Made by a program: the position numbers and the translations under genes
Shown: piece after piece, positions 1-13,892 of the stretch
How the letters are laid out: every line of letters begins with the position of its first letter
Position numbering within the stretch: the first letter of the stretch is position 1
Notes under the pieces: generated by a model
Database searches by the model: none
Seen by the model: the letters and a program-made list of their open reading frames with translations, nothing else
Told to the model about the DNA's origin: nothing
NCBI GenBank assembly: GCA_964270895.1
Contig: OZ185439.1
Length of the DNA: 64,000 bases
DNA from: Podarcis filfolensis
Taxonomy: Eukaryota
Direction: 5' to 3' (one strand)

Positions 1-986
1 TCTGCTAAGGATTTCACCTTGGAGTTCCTCAGAAAAAAGCATTTGCAGATGTTTTAATTTAACTGTTAGCAATGGTGGAGGTAACACAAATGAGGTGAAC
101 AACTGAGTTATCGTAATCCAATTCTTGTGTGGTCTAAAACAGACTTTGAATATTCTGGAAAAAAATGTAGGATATACTGTTTTCCCCTCAACAATTATAT
201 ATAAAAAATCACTGGCAAAATTAGATGTTGGTGGAATGAAAATGGTTAAAGTTTGTCTGATAACTAAGCCTTTCCAAGAGTCTTTATGTTCATAACATAT
301 ATTCAGAAACCATTATCACAGAATTCAGACCTTTGTTTTAAGATCACAATCATGTACCATGATCCTAAAAAGCTGCTAGCATATTTGCCTATGGTGTGCT
401 TGTATAAAGCATCCATGTGGACGTTAGTTTGACCATCTTAATCAATTGCTTCTGTGTTATAGAAATTGCAAATATTCCCAGCATGCCTTTTAGATCAGTT
501 TTTAAGAGACACAGTTGTAAACACACCTATTATTATGATTGTTGTTGTTGTTTCTGATATTTTTATGAGAAGGTGTAATTTAGTGCTGCTATTAGATCAA
601 CAGGAAGATTCAATTCTTGCTATCAGGAGAATACTTGATTTAGCATTCTTAAATATGTGAGTTACCCTTTAGATTCGATACATTGAAAAGAAAGCTTCTG
701 CTTAATGTGTGATTTAATATTGTTAAACTAATTATGAAGCTAGACTTTCAGATGTAACAGACAAGTATTGTTGTTCCCTGTTTGCTTGGGGGGTTGTGGA
801 TTGTGTTTTATTGTTCCCTTGATTGGCAGTAAAAGCCTTATTTCACAGCTTGCAGCGAGGAGCTATTGGATAAAGGGTGGTGGCGCTCCACAAGCTATAT
901 TCAAAAACTGTCAATCAAAAGCCCACGTAGGCTACTTAGAGAATGGAGTTTCTTACTGATTCTTCCAAATGTCGTCTCATGCTGTC

Positions 987-1198
987 NNNNNNNNNNNNNN
1001 NNNNNNNNNNNNNNNNNNNNNNNNNNNNNNNNNNNNNNNNNNNNNNNNNNNNNNNNNNNNNNNNNNNNNNNNNNNNNNNNNNNNNNNNNNNNNNNNNNNN
1101 NNNNNNNNNNNNNNNNNNNNNNNNNNNNNNNNNNNNNNNNNNNNNNNNNNNNNNNNNNNNNNNNNNNNNNNNNNNNNNNNNNNNNNNNNNNNNNNNNN
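987..1198. other. assembly gap (run of N)
   Basis: Uninterrupted N run. Confidence 0.99.
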
Positions 1199-4100
1199 GA
1201 AAGCTGCTTTTGAGACAGCGAGCTATGAGTCTAGAAAGCAGCACCGTGAAGGTGCCATGCAAGAAGGATGCATATGGCTGACCCTTTGGGAATTTCCTAG
1301 GAGCCAAATGTCTCTTTACAGCAATTGTTCTTAAGAGAAAAGCTTTCGGATACTACAGAAAGGATTTAACATGTCAGCAGATTCTCTTTTACAAGTTCCT
1401 TTGAAATCTAAGACGTTTGTCTAAGGGTTTTCTTTTTCTCCCAAACATGTATTTCAGCAAATGTGACGGGTGGGTAAGCTGAAGGTGTCCTATCTTCTAG
1501 CAGGTGTTATTGGTGGTTTCTTTTTTAATGTAAGAGAATACTCATTTCTTGAACTTTGCCGTGATGGTATACAAAATATGGATAGCTGTAATTGATGAAT
1601 CAAGACAAAGGTGTTAGTAGTTGTTGGGTAGTAGTAATTGTAGGGAACCAAAATAAAACCGTTCCCCCCCCTTAAATTAAATATACATAATGGATGTAAG
1701 AGCATCAAACAGGGATCTAATGCTGAAGATTAAAGATGATTTTTAAGGCCCATAATGAACATTCATTCAGAATCAATGCAATGATGTTATAGTTTCTTGC
1801 ATGTAAGAAAATGAAAGCGTTGGGTAACAAAAGATGCTTCAAACTGCCCTGTTAAGTCTAGAGACATGAGCTCACTTGCTCAAGGTGAATTTGAACAAAT
1901 ACCTCCTTTTAACCCGCCCTCATTTGCCAGTTTTGTGCATTTTCAATTTGGAAGACCTGTATACTTACAACAATTTAAAAGTTTCTGGTTAACTGAGCAG
2001 TAAAAAACAGATTCAGGTACCTATGACTTACAGTTAAAAGTTCAAATGTTTAGACTTGGCTTCTTTATCTTGGTCCAAAATGAAAACCTACATGATCTCA
2101 AATGGTTATAACATGTTCCTTTTCCCTCTTCTGCTTTTTTTTTGACCTTGCCATGAGAGCAATAAGCCTGTAGTCCGAGTGCATAGTTGAAAGCAATTTT
2201 AAAAATTCATTTTAGGGGGTTAGCATTTGTCTACCATTATAACAAACATTTAATGTATCTGTATGAAACCTAACTCTTAAAAAGCCACACAAATTATCAT
2301 GCTGTGTATTGTAACCATTACCTTGTGCTCCAGTACTATTGTAACCAATTTTAAACAACTGAATGCATAGGTTTGGTGAGAAATGTGAAATGGAGTATTT
2401 GTACAACAATATAGTCCATAATATAATTGCATTTTGGATTTAATTGGATTTTATGTTTTCTGATAACTTCACTAATATGCTTACTGTTACTACATTACAG
2501 TGGCATCAAAAAAATTATGTAAAATAGGACATGGAGCTGATTTGATGGGGTGCTGCATTAAATCAAAATGCAGTTGCTCCATTAAATCAAAGTGATATTT
2601 CCATCAAGTATCTTAAATCAGCTACATCATAATTGAATTAAGCCCATTGATTCTTCTCTCCTCCCCCCCGCCCCAATTCTCCCCTTTCCCCCCCATTCAT
2701 ATTGATATTGTTCCATTTGGGGAATTAGAACTGCATGTCCCCCAGTCTGGTCACTGCTGGGTTTCAGACATTTCAAGCATGTTCCGGTGTGTGTTCATTT
2801 ATTTCTTTTTCTGTTGACACTTGGTTTGTACCTGCCAAATGTTAGTTTCATAAAAGCTTTCAGTTTTTAAATGTCCACCAAAGAGGATGTGTCATGGACC
2901 ATGAACAGAACATATACTTTAGTATCCAGTAATAATAAATACAAACCAAAAATAGGAGAATTTTCAAAATTGAGTCTTTTTCTGTCTGTTTGGTTCTAAA
3001 GGTAGCTGAACACATACAGATGCTAAGTAGGTTATGTGCCCCAAATAACCTTAAACTTTAAATCGTAGTTCAAATCTATAATGAACAGCTTAACCTGTTT
3101 ATAGAAACTAAAGAAACTTACTTTATCTTCTGTGAGGGGTTGTCATTTCTCTCCTTTTGAATCAGTATGTTTGGTATGCAACAATATATAGGCCTGGTTT
3201 GCACGTAACATCAAACCATGGTTTAAGTAAGCCTTTGTTAATAAACCATGCTTAACATTATATGTGAACTATGCCCCTGTTACTGTGGTTTGTTAGTGAA
3301 AAAAATGCAATCGTTTGTTCTTGGCTTACTGACGTTACCTTCAGTATGGCCTAGCGTTACACACGAATCTGGACATATAATGCAATTTAATGCTTTATTT
3401 AGGAATGGCATCATCATTATTATATAGCACAATTCTGTGCATGTTTCCAGAGAAGTAAATCCTATTGTATTCAATAGGGCGTACTTCCAGATGTGTAGGA
3501 TTGCAGTCTTAAGATGAAACCCAGTGATTCTTACCTAAGAGTAAACTTGATTGAACCCAGGGGAGTTACTTCTGAGTAAACATGCACGGGATTACACTGT
3601 CGAGCATACTAGTGTTTAAACTCACAAATTACCAAGTATTAAAGCAAATTCTTATATTTTCCAGCGTATTTAATTTAGAAATGAGGAGGAGCCCTAAAAT
3701 GTTAGCAGTAACTTTTGTTAACATTCTTTAACTATTCCTTCTGATTAGATTAGAATTCATACCTGTGCTTTGATCTAGCCACTTATTTAGAAATAATTTC
3801 CATTAAAATCAATGAGACTTGCTTCTCTGGAAATGTGTATAAGCTGTTGTGTTGGCGTGTTTAACCTGCCTTTTCCACCACTGGCACTGACATTTATGCT
3901 ATAATTACTGGAGCAGAAATGTTTACCATGAAACATGTATGTATACTTGAACAGCAGAGGGCTGCATATGACTTCATAGATTAATTATTTTTAGAATTCT
4001 TGTTCTCCCAGATGTATAGGTGCATAGATAGAGAGGGGAATATTTGAATTGTCAAGCTTGAAATGTGTAGCATTCCAGGAAATCCATTTTAATAGTGTTA

Positions 4101-4388
4101 AGGCAAGTGTTTTCTGTAAACCTGTTTTATGATGTATGTTGCTGAATGTATATAACTTGTTGGTTTCAGTTTTGTGTTTACATATTAACATTGTCATTTG
4201 AAAATACTATTCTAAATAAAGCTACTATTCGTAAACAGAATTTTAAAAAATTACTGTACAACAGGAAGATGTAGCGTTTACTGTCTGTCTGTTTGTTCTT
4301 GGGCTTTGTAAATGTGGGAGAAAATGACCATTCTGACAAAACATACTTACCTATTCTTACAACGTCTTGCCTTTTTTTTTTTTAATAG

Positions 4389-4530
4389 GGAAAAGTGGCG
4401 CAGACTGCTTGTATGTCAGCTTGCCAGCATCTGTCAACTTCCCTGATGCAGATGCTGTTGGATAATGATTTAAAACAAATTAGCATGGGAGCCATTCAGC
4501 AGTTTAATTTAGATGTCATACAGTGTGAAT
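4389..4530 (+). CDS. EXOC6: Exocyst complex component 6 (Sec15), internal coding exon
   Basis: tttaatag acceptor and gtaagt donor. Translates GKVAQTACMSACQHLSTSLMQMLLDNDLKQISMGAIQQFNLDVIQCE, which I recognise as the Sec15/EXOC6 C-terminal domain. 142 nt; upstream exons lie outside the window. Confidence 0.96.
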
Positions 4531-6049
4531 GTAAGTATGAGATTCTGAGCTATAATTTAAGAGACAGTCATTCTTGTATAGTGGGAGGATGTAAATATCC
4601 ATTATATGTGCATTACTGTAATAAATAAATGTGGAAACTGGGGATCAGTGAGATCTTTCTGTTTATTCAAGCAATGGTTCAAGAGTTGTTTGTTTATTAA
4701 ATTTGTATGCCACCCTTCATCTGAAGTTCACAACATTGGTTGGATACCTTCTAGAAGACTAGTGGTTTAATTCATTGGAATAAGAGACAGTAACTTAATA
4801 GATTTGTAACCATTTAAAATCCTTATCAACATTTACACTAATATGTGTTCATTTTTCCTCTGAACTGCAGTCAAAACATTATAGGTTCTAACATTTGCAG
4901 TTGTAGGCAATGTCTTCTGATAGTATTTAATTCCTAAAAGAGAAAGTCTTAGGATCAATCTGTAAATCACTTGAAACTTAAGCAACTGAAAAAAGAGAGT
5001 GTTATTTGCCATTCATTTTAAATTTGTTAGTATTTGTCTTTCAGAAACTGTTCTGGTGAGTTTCTTTTCAACAGAACTCTAAAAGAACCAATTGAGAGGT
5101 CTTAACATTTAAAAAGTTTATAAATATATTATACTAATTCAGCAGTGGAACAAATGGAATAGGGAATCTCAGTTCTTCAAAATTGTAAGCACACAATGCC
5201 CTGCCCCCATCTCTCTCACCCCCCCCATTGTATTTTTCTCCTGTTATTTGTTTTTTTGTAACACAAAATAAGATCTGTAATAAAAACTAATTTAAAAAAA
5301 AAATATTTAAAGCAAACAACTGGACATTTCCATTTTTGGCTGCCATGAGTTGCAGTAAAACCAACTCTTTGCTTCTCATATACTAAAATGTCCTTAATCT
5401 ATTTTATAAAGCTATATTAAATTTGCTCAGTTTGTAAACCACCCCACAAACACACATTTCCTGTTTGACATATTAAACAACTAAGAGATCATTGTGGGTT
5501 TTTTGTTTTTCATAACATAGTAGTCTGGCATCTGTTGCAATGCTTCTGTTACAGAATATCTTGTGTGGTTGGAACCATTACATAATGGCTTTGAATTCCT
5601 TCCAACCTTATAATATTTACATTATTGTAGAAAAATGTAACCTTGGGTCTACAGATTATACTGTACTGGAAGGAGAAAGTAAAACCATGACTTTAATACT
5701 GGAACATGTTCAGTAAGATAAGTCAGTCAGCTGTTACTGGCTATATTAAAGCAAGTGCTTTGATACTATTTTAAAGGAAAAAATAGTAATGAGGAGTGAG
5801 GGTGGTAGGACCTCACTCCACAAGTAAAATATGTTCTTGCTTCCAATTCAGCCGGAATCTTTGCTTGGTAGGAAATGTCATTGTTTCAGGTCACTCATAC
5901 AAGTGTTACTGACTCATTACTTAAGGTATTAAAAAGAAGGTCTAAGTTCACTTCAAGAAGTTCAAAATAGGTGATTCAACATTTGTAAACTTGAGCTGTT
6001 CCCTGAAAAATTCAACTAAAACACAGGCAGTCTTGCTTAACGGGTGTGC

Positions 6050-6077
6050 TACACACACACACACACACACACACACT
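6050..6077. repeat. (AC)n microsatellite; similar tracts at ~9977, 17086, 27861 and 28829
   Basis: Direct reading. Confidence 0.95.
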
Positions 6078-7650
6078 CCAGAATGTGCTGAATCTGCTTT
6101 CTTTCTGACATTTCTTTCACAAGCTGTGCCATAGGCACATTCCACGAATCACTGTGCCAGCTGTGATTTATGATCTTACCACCCACTCCCTTCAGCTTCG
6201 CCCCTCCTAGGTCAACATTTTGAGCTTGGTACTTGGTGACAGTGCCATTTACACTAGGAAGTGTCTTGCTACTGTATGCGATTAGATGAGGTGGAAAAAG
6301 GAAGTAGCCAATATACCAAGATGTGATTCCATGAGCACTCTCTCATCTGATGGAGAAACCTTTTGGAATTGTTAATTGACTTTCAGCGTTCTAGCTGCTA
6401 CCTGATTTCACCATTATGCATCACTGAAATGTCCAGCGAGACAACTGGTAGAAGCTGCCTGAAAGGCAGCTTATGCACTGTTCCCAAACCTTTCCCTGCA
6501 AGGTGCAACCACAGGAGAGTTTTGGAAGTATTACACAATGCAGTCTCAGTTTACACAGGATGATAGACCTGGCCAGTTACCAGAATGCCATGTGAACTGA
6601 ATGTGAAGCATCACCTAGTGTCCTCTGCAACATTCCTGGTTTTCGTATCATAGGGATGTCTTAGCAGACCAAACAATATGGGAAAGGCTTTCTGTTGGTT
6701 TAAGGTATAGCATTATAACTTAACAAATCCACACATGCAGTGTGGTGGCTATTTTCTTTAAGAAATGTGTAAACAGCTTTCTGCCTTTAAAACCATTCAA
6801 AGTGATTCATAGATTATGTGTTCACTTTAGCAGCAGATGTTCAAAATACTCATTTTGTCATTCTGAACTTCTGAATGGCAGCTTTGCAGGGAGGTAATAT
6901 CCTAGATGTGATACTGCAGCTTGCTACAGCGAATTCAGTTTTTCCTTTTGTCTCACAAGCTGAAGTGGTCCATGCAACTGTATCATAAACATGACAGCTG
7001 ATCATTATTCCTCAACCAAGTGATATATCAGAAAACATAGCAGCAGAATAAAATTACAAATAGTTTACAATATTCAGGTTACAGTCAGAAGCCAGACAAG
7101 TAAAAAAACAAAACAAAACACTGACCAACAGCCTACTGAAAAAGCCAGCTTCTTAACCTGGTGCTGAACAAACCACAGTGTAGTGGACAATTCCTCAAAG
7201 GTTGAGCCCTTTGCTAAAGAGACGAGTTCTGGTAGCATAATAGCAGTGACATCTATGTGTATGTGAAAACCCATTGGAATAATTAGAGAATCCTTGATGT
7301 GATATTTTTTCCTTGGAACCAAACCATGAACCATAAGGGTGTAGAATTGATTTTCTTGAATCCCAACACCTTATTTCATGTGGCAGACTATATTTGAAAC
7401 TCAGTGGTGGTCTGTGAGGAAAATCAATCCCATACTCCATAGACTCACCTAAAGTAGCCCCCCTTTGATATTGCTGCCCTTGCCTAGATCTTGGCTAAAG
7501 CAGGTGCCCAATGTATTTAGACAGTGTCTCCATTATACACATGCACCAAGGGCTTGCTTTAGACCATGAAGAACATCTATCAATACTCGGTCAGGGTCTG
7601 ATTAACCGATAGAAATTGCTTGGGATGCTATGGTATGGACAAATGCACTT

Positions 7651-7651
<1 letters not shown>

Positions 7652-7707
<56 letters not shown>

Positions 7708-7721
7708 GAGAGAGAGAGAGA
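7652..7721. repeat. compound microsatellite (TC)n(CA)n(GA)n
   Basis: Direct reading. Confidence 0.95.
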
Positions 7722-8080
7722 GACATAAACTTGTCTTATGGAGATGTCTTATGGAGATACCTCTAAGTTTGGGGACTCTGTCTCAGATTGAACTGGATCA
7801 ACTCCAAATATGGATCAAAACAGGGAGATCTGTTTGTAACTATGACATAAAAGCAATGCTTACTGTGAAGCCTCAAATAATAAAATTTTATTACATTTGG
7901 ATGAAGCGCATTTAAATTCAAATACTTGAGTCTACACCATGTTTCTTGAAAGTAAGATCCATTGGAAATCAATGGGACTGATTTTCAAGTGGCATAGTTA
8001 GGACTGTGATGTAAAAATGGGCATATTGCAGCTTGTCTGCTTATTCCCTTTACCTGGACTATAACATAGCCTGCATACTA

Positions 8081-8303
8081 CAGTGATACCTCAGGTTACA
8101 TACGCTTCAGGTTACAGACTCCGCTAACCCAGAAATAGTACCTCAGGTTAAGAACTTTGCTTCAGGATGAGAACAGAAATTGTGCGGCGGTGCGGCAGCA
8201 GCAGGAGGTCCCATTAGCTAAAGTGGTGCTTCAGGTTAAGAACAGTTTCAGGTTAAGAACAGACCTTCAGAACGAATTAAGTACATAACCAGAGGTACCA
8301 CTG
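8081..8303. mobile_element. Tigger/pogo-like (Tc1-mariner superfamily) MITE
   Basis: TIRs CAGTGATACCTC...GAGGTACCACTG; TA target-site duplications at 8079-80 and 8304-05; internal caggttaagaac repeats. Confidence 0.85.
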
Positions 8304-9143
8304 TAATTGCTCAGCTTCTGTATGGTTTGCATTTTAATGTATGGTCTTCTTACATAGCTTTTACACTCTTTTGAATTTCAAGAGTAGAATTCCATTACGA
8401 ACAACTTGTTAAAGGCATAAACACAACGTTCTATCTTTTCTGTAACTCTGCTTAGATTATTCTGCCTGTTTGGATCTTTATGCTCCCTCCTGCTTACTGT
8501 CAGTCTTCTACCATGGTTAGGCTTAAGGACTAATCATCCCATTTTGCCACCAGAAGTGAAATGGGAATGTGCCACTGCCTTCCTTCAGCCATGCCACCCC
8601 CCCTTCCACTGCTGCCACAATGCCTCTCCCCTTGCCACAGCTGTTGAGTGAAGGGACATTCTGCAATGTGTTCCTGCTCATCTTCTCTGCCCCAGGTCCG
8701 AGAAAATGAGCGGCAGTGTGGCACACCAGAACGCCTCTCCTCCCTCCAAAATTTGGCGAGAAGGGGATATTCTGCTAGTGGTGGAAGCGATTGGGCGGGC
8801 AGGGTGCTGCCTCTGGTTAGGCTAAGAAGATTTTATAGAGCAAATGCTATAATGACAAAATTAGATGCTGACAGCTTTGGAACTGATAATAATTTTGAAT
8901 GGCTTTTCTGATAAATTCACCATGCAAAACAAAGGAAAGCTGCCTCCTTTTCGTGCTATTTGGGACACAGGAACTCTGCACTGTAGGACAGAGGTGAAAT
9001 GTTGGGAGGATATGCCAATGAAGGTGTGTTTCCAGATCATTGATCTTAAAAATGTCAATATCCCAGTGCTTGGTGATGCATGTTATAGTGAAAAGAAATT
9101 CTGGATTCTGGATTGAAAGGATTTATTGTTATTGTTATTACAG

Positions 9144-9217
9144 TGTTCGCCAGCTCTGAGCCTGTACCTGGGTTCCATGGAGAAACCTTACAGTTAGCAT
9201 TCATCGACCTCAGACAA
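9144..9217 (+). CDS. EXOC6: EXOC6 internal coding exon
   Basis: ttacag acceptor and gtaaga donor. 74 nt, phase-compatible with the previous exon (142+74=216). Translates (L)FASSEPVPGFHGETLQLAFIDLRQ. Confidence 0.96.
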
Positions 9218-11605
9218 GTAAGACATTATTTATATGCCTGTTAATGGTCACATTTTACTGAACACCAAGCCTTTGATTCATAGTCCAAGCAACCCTATGT
9301 GTTAGCAGATGACATGAAGTCCACTCACACAATGACTTGTTGACCCTCCATCCCCGGCTGCATTGCATGCTGCTCTGTAGGTTCGCTAGAGGGTGGCTTG
9401 GGAGAAGCAAGATGCCGCTGCAGGAAGCCGGGCTGGGGAAACCCTGGTGCTTCTGAGCCACATCATCAGATGCTTATGCTATAAATGTGTTTGTTGGTCC
9501 GGCAAGACTCTTGATTTTGTTGCAACAGACATAACACAACTACCCCTCCGACATTTTGGGAAAATTGGGGAAATGACTATCCCACTACTTCACGTGTAAC
9601 AAGCAAAAGGGTATAGCTATTCAGTTGTCAGGATGTGAGGTTGAATTCTAATGTATTTGCAAAGTTATAAACTTGAATGAAAAGGCTGTTTTAATATATG
9701 CTGATCGATCTCATGAGTATGACCTTGACCCATATTTCTGTGTGGTGCTATGTGAAATAGTTAAGTGGTAAGTAAGTTCAAATGATGGCTTTCGTGTGGG
9801 TTTGTTTGTTTTTTTAAACATGTTTAAGGCTAGAGTTATCATGCATCATCATTAAAAGCAACATTTTATTCTGTAGAATATAATCTCTTGTCAATCTTTT
9901 ACTTTAGGCTGAAATCATATTTGAGACTGCTTGATTCTAGTAGGGCCTTATGAGGAGAGAGGGAAATGAAAATGCTACACACACACACACACACACACAT
10001 TCTCCTTGATTTACCTTTTGTGGGGTGCACCTTTTGCATTTCCTCACATCATAGGATTTCTAATTTTTATTGTTATTAGTAATCTCTTTTACATAACTAG
10101 TCTATTGTTTGCTTTCAAATCATTACCCAATTCATTCTCACAACTACCCAGTGAAGGTAAACCATTATGATAAATCCTAGTTTATGTAAGAAAAAGCTGA
10201 ACTCAGTTGTGTCTCTTCTAAGTATGACATAATATTTTCATTAGGTTCCCTATATCTGCCATTCAAAGTTCCAGGTGCACCATTATGTATTAAAAGTGGA
10301 ATGCGTTCCAGGTATTTAAGCAACAACTATTTTAATACAATTTGTTGCAATCATTTTTGCTTTGCTTCTGAATACAGAACGTAAATGAAGACCAGTCCCT
10401 TTTTGTTTTCTTCCTCATCTACTAGCGGCTCATTTCAGTGATGTCAATCCTTACAAAGAGCAACATTTAGCTTTTAGTAAGGATTTAACACTCTTCCTCT
10501 CCCTTCTATTTATGATCCATTTCTTTCTTAATAGGCCAAATGACAGTTCTTTTCAAGAATACTTAGAAAGGCAACAGAGCCTTTTTCAGAAAGAGGTCAT
10601 GCTTCTGTTTTTTAGTTTGAATTCGATACTGTTTCATGAATTGCAGGATATGAAAGATAAGGAAGTGGGCCCAGTGGTCAGGTTTTACCTGCCCACCCGG
10701 ACTGTGCCCTGAGGTCAAACTCCTGATATTTGCTGTTTGGTACAGAGGAGCTGATGACAGGTAGGGGCTGATACAAGGGGGAAAGCTTGAACCATATCAA
10801 AGCTAAAAGGCAAGAGAATTGGGACTCAGTGAGAGACTGTAGCTAAAAGATGGATCAGCTGGGTTGCCCTCTTTTTAAAAAGTAGCTGACCTGTGAGGGA
10901 AAAGACTTTATCGTCCTGCCAATCACATGCTTACTAATGGAAGCCAGTTATCTCAACAACAGCTTACTCTTTTCTGTGTGATTTCATGGCAACGGGCAAG
11001 ATTAGTAGGAGCGTGGGGTAGCCTTCGCTGATTATTTCTGACACAAATTAATAAACGTAGCACGCACTGCAGTTAACTGTAAATTTTGGTGCTTTGAAGA
11101 CACGTTCAGGGCTGTTTCAGGCTTGATGTAGATAGCACTTCTGCTAGGAAATAGCATGAAACAGCTGATGTATGTGCTGTAACATACATGACTACCTATA
11201 TCAGCTTTTGCTAACTGGGTGCCCTCCAAGTGTTTTAGACTACAACTCCCATCAGCACCAGCTAGCACAGCTGACTGACACTGTTGTTTTGCATGCCATT
11301 TTGCACGCTATTTTCATTTAGAAATTTTGTCAGAGTGGACAAGGGCCTCATAGTGGCTGAAAACTGGGGCAAGCATCCAAAAATAAAAATGGCTGCCTCT
11401 AAAGAACCACATGAAACATGCTCCTTTGCTCTCAGAAACCTGTTGTAATAATAATTTAACTGTTGCATCGAATATATTCCTCCATAGCTGATCTAGAACG
11501 AATGAAGTGAGAAGTAAAAATTAATTGGTAATTCCTTACGGAATGACTATTGCAAAGTTCCAGACATATTCTTGCAGAAATCCACAGATAAAGCCTTCTT
11601 GAGCT

Positions 11606-11734
11606 NNNNNNNNNNNNNNNNNNNNNNNNNNNNNNNNNNNNNNNNNNNNNNNNNNNNNNNNNNNNNNNNNNNNNNNNNNNNNNNNNNNNNNNNNNNNNNN
11701 NNNNNNNNNNNNNNNNNNNNNNNNNNNNNNNNNN
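11606..11734. other. assembly gap (run of N)
   Basis: Uninterrupted N run. Confidence 0.99.
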
Positions 11735-12579
11735 AGAGTTGTTTGGATGGGTGGGATTGGATGATGGAAAAATCAGTTATTCTTTTCTACAACCAAATGG
11801 TCCTTATTCCTAAGTAAATGTATTTTAGTATCAGGGAGGCAGAAGCAAACACCATTTTGTTCCTGTAGCTATGGTAGCAAGTTTTAAGTGAATTTTTATA
11901 ATGTGAAACTGCACATACTCAATGTTGTGAATTTGCCAACTCTGTTTTTTAAAAGTGTGCTGCTGTTGTTTTTTCTGCTGTAACAGATTAGGAATGTCAA
12001 AACAGTTGGATAGCATGGAATGTTGGTTGTGCGGTGGGAAGGAAAGAAAATTGTATGCTTCACAACTGGTAACATTCTGGTACTCTAAAGGGGGAATCTC
12101 TATAAAACCATTAAGTCCAGGGTCTAAAATGATCTAGTGCTGCACAACTGAACCCAGTGCTGACTAACTTGTGATTTATAACTTGATGTACAGAGATGCA
12201 CAATTCTTTGTTTTTCAAAGCCTGGTTCCTTAAATATCCAAAAGTGACCAAAAGGCTATATAGCACAATGAATTGATTTGGTAGGCAGGCCTTCGATTTT
12301 AACAGACTGAAATTCATAGGAACTGCTTGCCAGGATTGGAAACTGTGATTATGCAAATAGGTGTTAGAAGGAGAAGGCTGGTATAATTGTTGTTGGTGCC
12401 ACACAGACACTAAAGCCTAGATGTTCAGAGCTAGAAGGCCACAAATGGACCTACCTGTGACTGTCAAACTCCTGCTCAACTCAAATGTAAAATAGTTGAC
12501 CTAACATTAAAAAAGCATATATTATCCCATAGATTGGCCTTCCTACCTGAAGACTGGGAAGTGCCCAAGGTAACAACAT

Positions 12580-13110
12580 GTTTTAAAAAAAGAGGTGCAG
12601 GAAATTACTGGCAACCAAAATGATTAGGAGACTGAGGCAACTCTTCAGAGATTACAATGGTCAGGACTTTTTAACGTCGGAAAAAAAGGAGTAAAAGGTG
12701 AGGGGACATGATAGAGGTTTATGAAGTTATCTGTGGTGTGGAAAAACTGGACAGAAACAAGATTGCCTCCCTCACAATACTAGAAGCCATTGGGATCATC
12801 AACTGAAGCTGAAAGAGTGAGAACAAACAAAAGGGAAGTGCTACTTAACATAGTTGAACTGTGGAATTTGCTGTCCCACAAGATGTGATGGGGATGGTCC
12901 AACTTAGTTGACTTTAAAAGAGGTTTAGACTAGTTAATGAAGGATAAGGCTATCAATGAAGCAAATGGCCACCACGACACCTCCAATATCACAGGCAGAA
13001 TGCCTCTCAACAGCGGGAGAAAGCTATTGCCCTCATGCAGTGTTCTTGAGCTTGGCCACTGTGGTAAACCAGATTATGCAGATTCAGGAGATCTCTTCTT
13101 ATTTTCTTAC
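12580..13110 (+). mobile_element. CR1 LINE 3' fragment, degraded
   Basis: ggggacatgatagaggtttat, gaactgtggaatttgctg and ctttaaaagaggtttagac, ending ggccactgtg...ctcttcttattttctta, typical of CR1 3' ends. Confidence 0.7.
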
Positions 13111-13500
13111 CCATCTGCTGCCCTTCTAGAGTCAGCAGGATTTCCTTAAGTAGCCAGGTATTTGGCATCAAGGACCAATTATTATCCACTTGGCCGTACT
13201 GGGTTCTAGAAGCTGTTCAAAACAGCTGCGGTTAAGACCTGTTATCCATTCACTCAGTATGATGTATACTCCTCTTCAGGGTAGCTAATGTGAGAAAAAG
13301 GTACAGTGGCTTTGTGAAATCCAACTGTTTATCAGAGGGCCGAAAGGTTATGAACAAGTGTACATTTTTGTAGGTGCATTCCGTCGTGTAATTCTAATGT
13401 TGAATAGAAATATTAACACATGCTGAAACATGCTAAATAGCTCACTGCCTAAGTGTTCACATGCTTGCCAGATACTGTGGTCTTTGTACTGATAGTTTGG

Positions 13501-13739
13501 ATTTGGACTTGATATCCCACTTTATCACTACCCGAAGGAGTCTCAAAGCGGTTAACATTCTCCTTTCTCTCCCCCCCCCCACAACAAACACTCTGTGAGT
13601 TGAGTGGGGCTGAGAGACTTCAAAGAAGTGTGACTAGCCCAAGGTCACCCAGCAGCTGCATGTAGAGGAGCGGAGACGCGAACCCGGTCCACCAGATTAC
13701 AAGTCTACCGCTCTTAACCACTACACCACACTGGCTCTC
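13501..13739 (-). mobile_element. tRNA-derived CORE-SINE (MIR/Ther1-related, probably squamate Squam3 family)
   Basis: Minus strand reads gagagccagtgtggtgtagtggttaagagc (A box)...ccgggttcgcg (B box)...gctgggtgaccttgggctagtcac (CORE motif)...gagactccttcgggtagtga. Confidence 0.8.
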
Positions 13740-13750
13740 TCATAGTCAAT

Positions 13751-13892
13751 GGATAGCTCAGTTGGTTAGAGCATGGTGCTGATAACACCAAGGTTGCAGG
13801 TTCAATTTCCATATGGATATAACTGCATTGCAGGGGGTTGAACTAGATGATCTTCAGGCTCCCTTCCAACTCTGCAGTTCTATGATTCTATG
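13751..13892 (+). mobile_element. SINE with tRNA-Ile-like head and CR1-derived tail
   Basis: D-arm GCTC-AGTTGGTTA-GAGC and anticodon arm TGGTG-CTGATAA-CACCA; no acceptor stem. Tail gcattgcagggggttgaactagatga...cccttccaactct...ctatgattctatg is CR1-type. Confidence 0.8.

Noticed and set aside
768-1334. Overlapping ORFs and coding-like sequence around the first N gap
   Set aside because: ORF lengths are inflated by Ns and the flanking translations match nothing I recognise, including EXOC6. It cannot be resolved until the gap is closed.
13751-13820. Functional tRNA-Ile(GAT) gene
   Set aside because: No acceptor-stem pairing, a degenerate T-stem, and a CR1-type tail follows.
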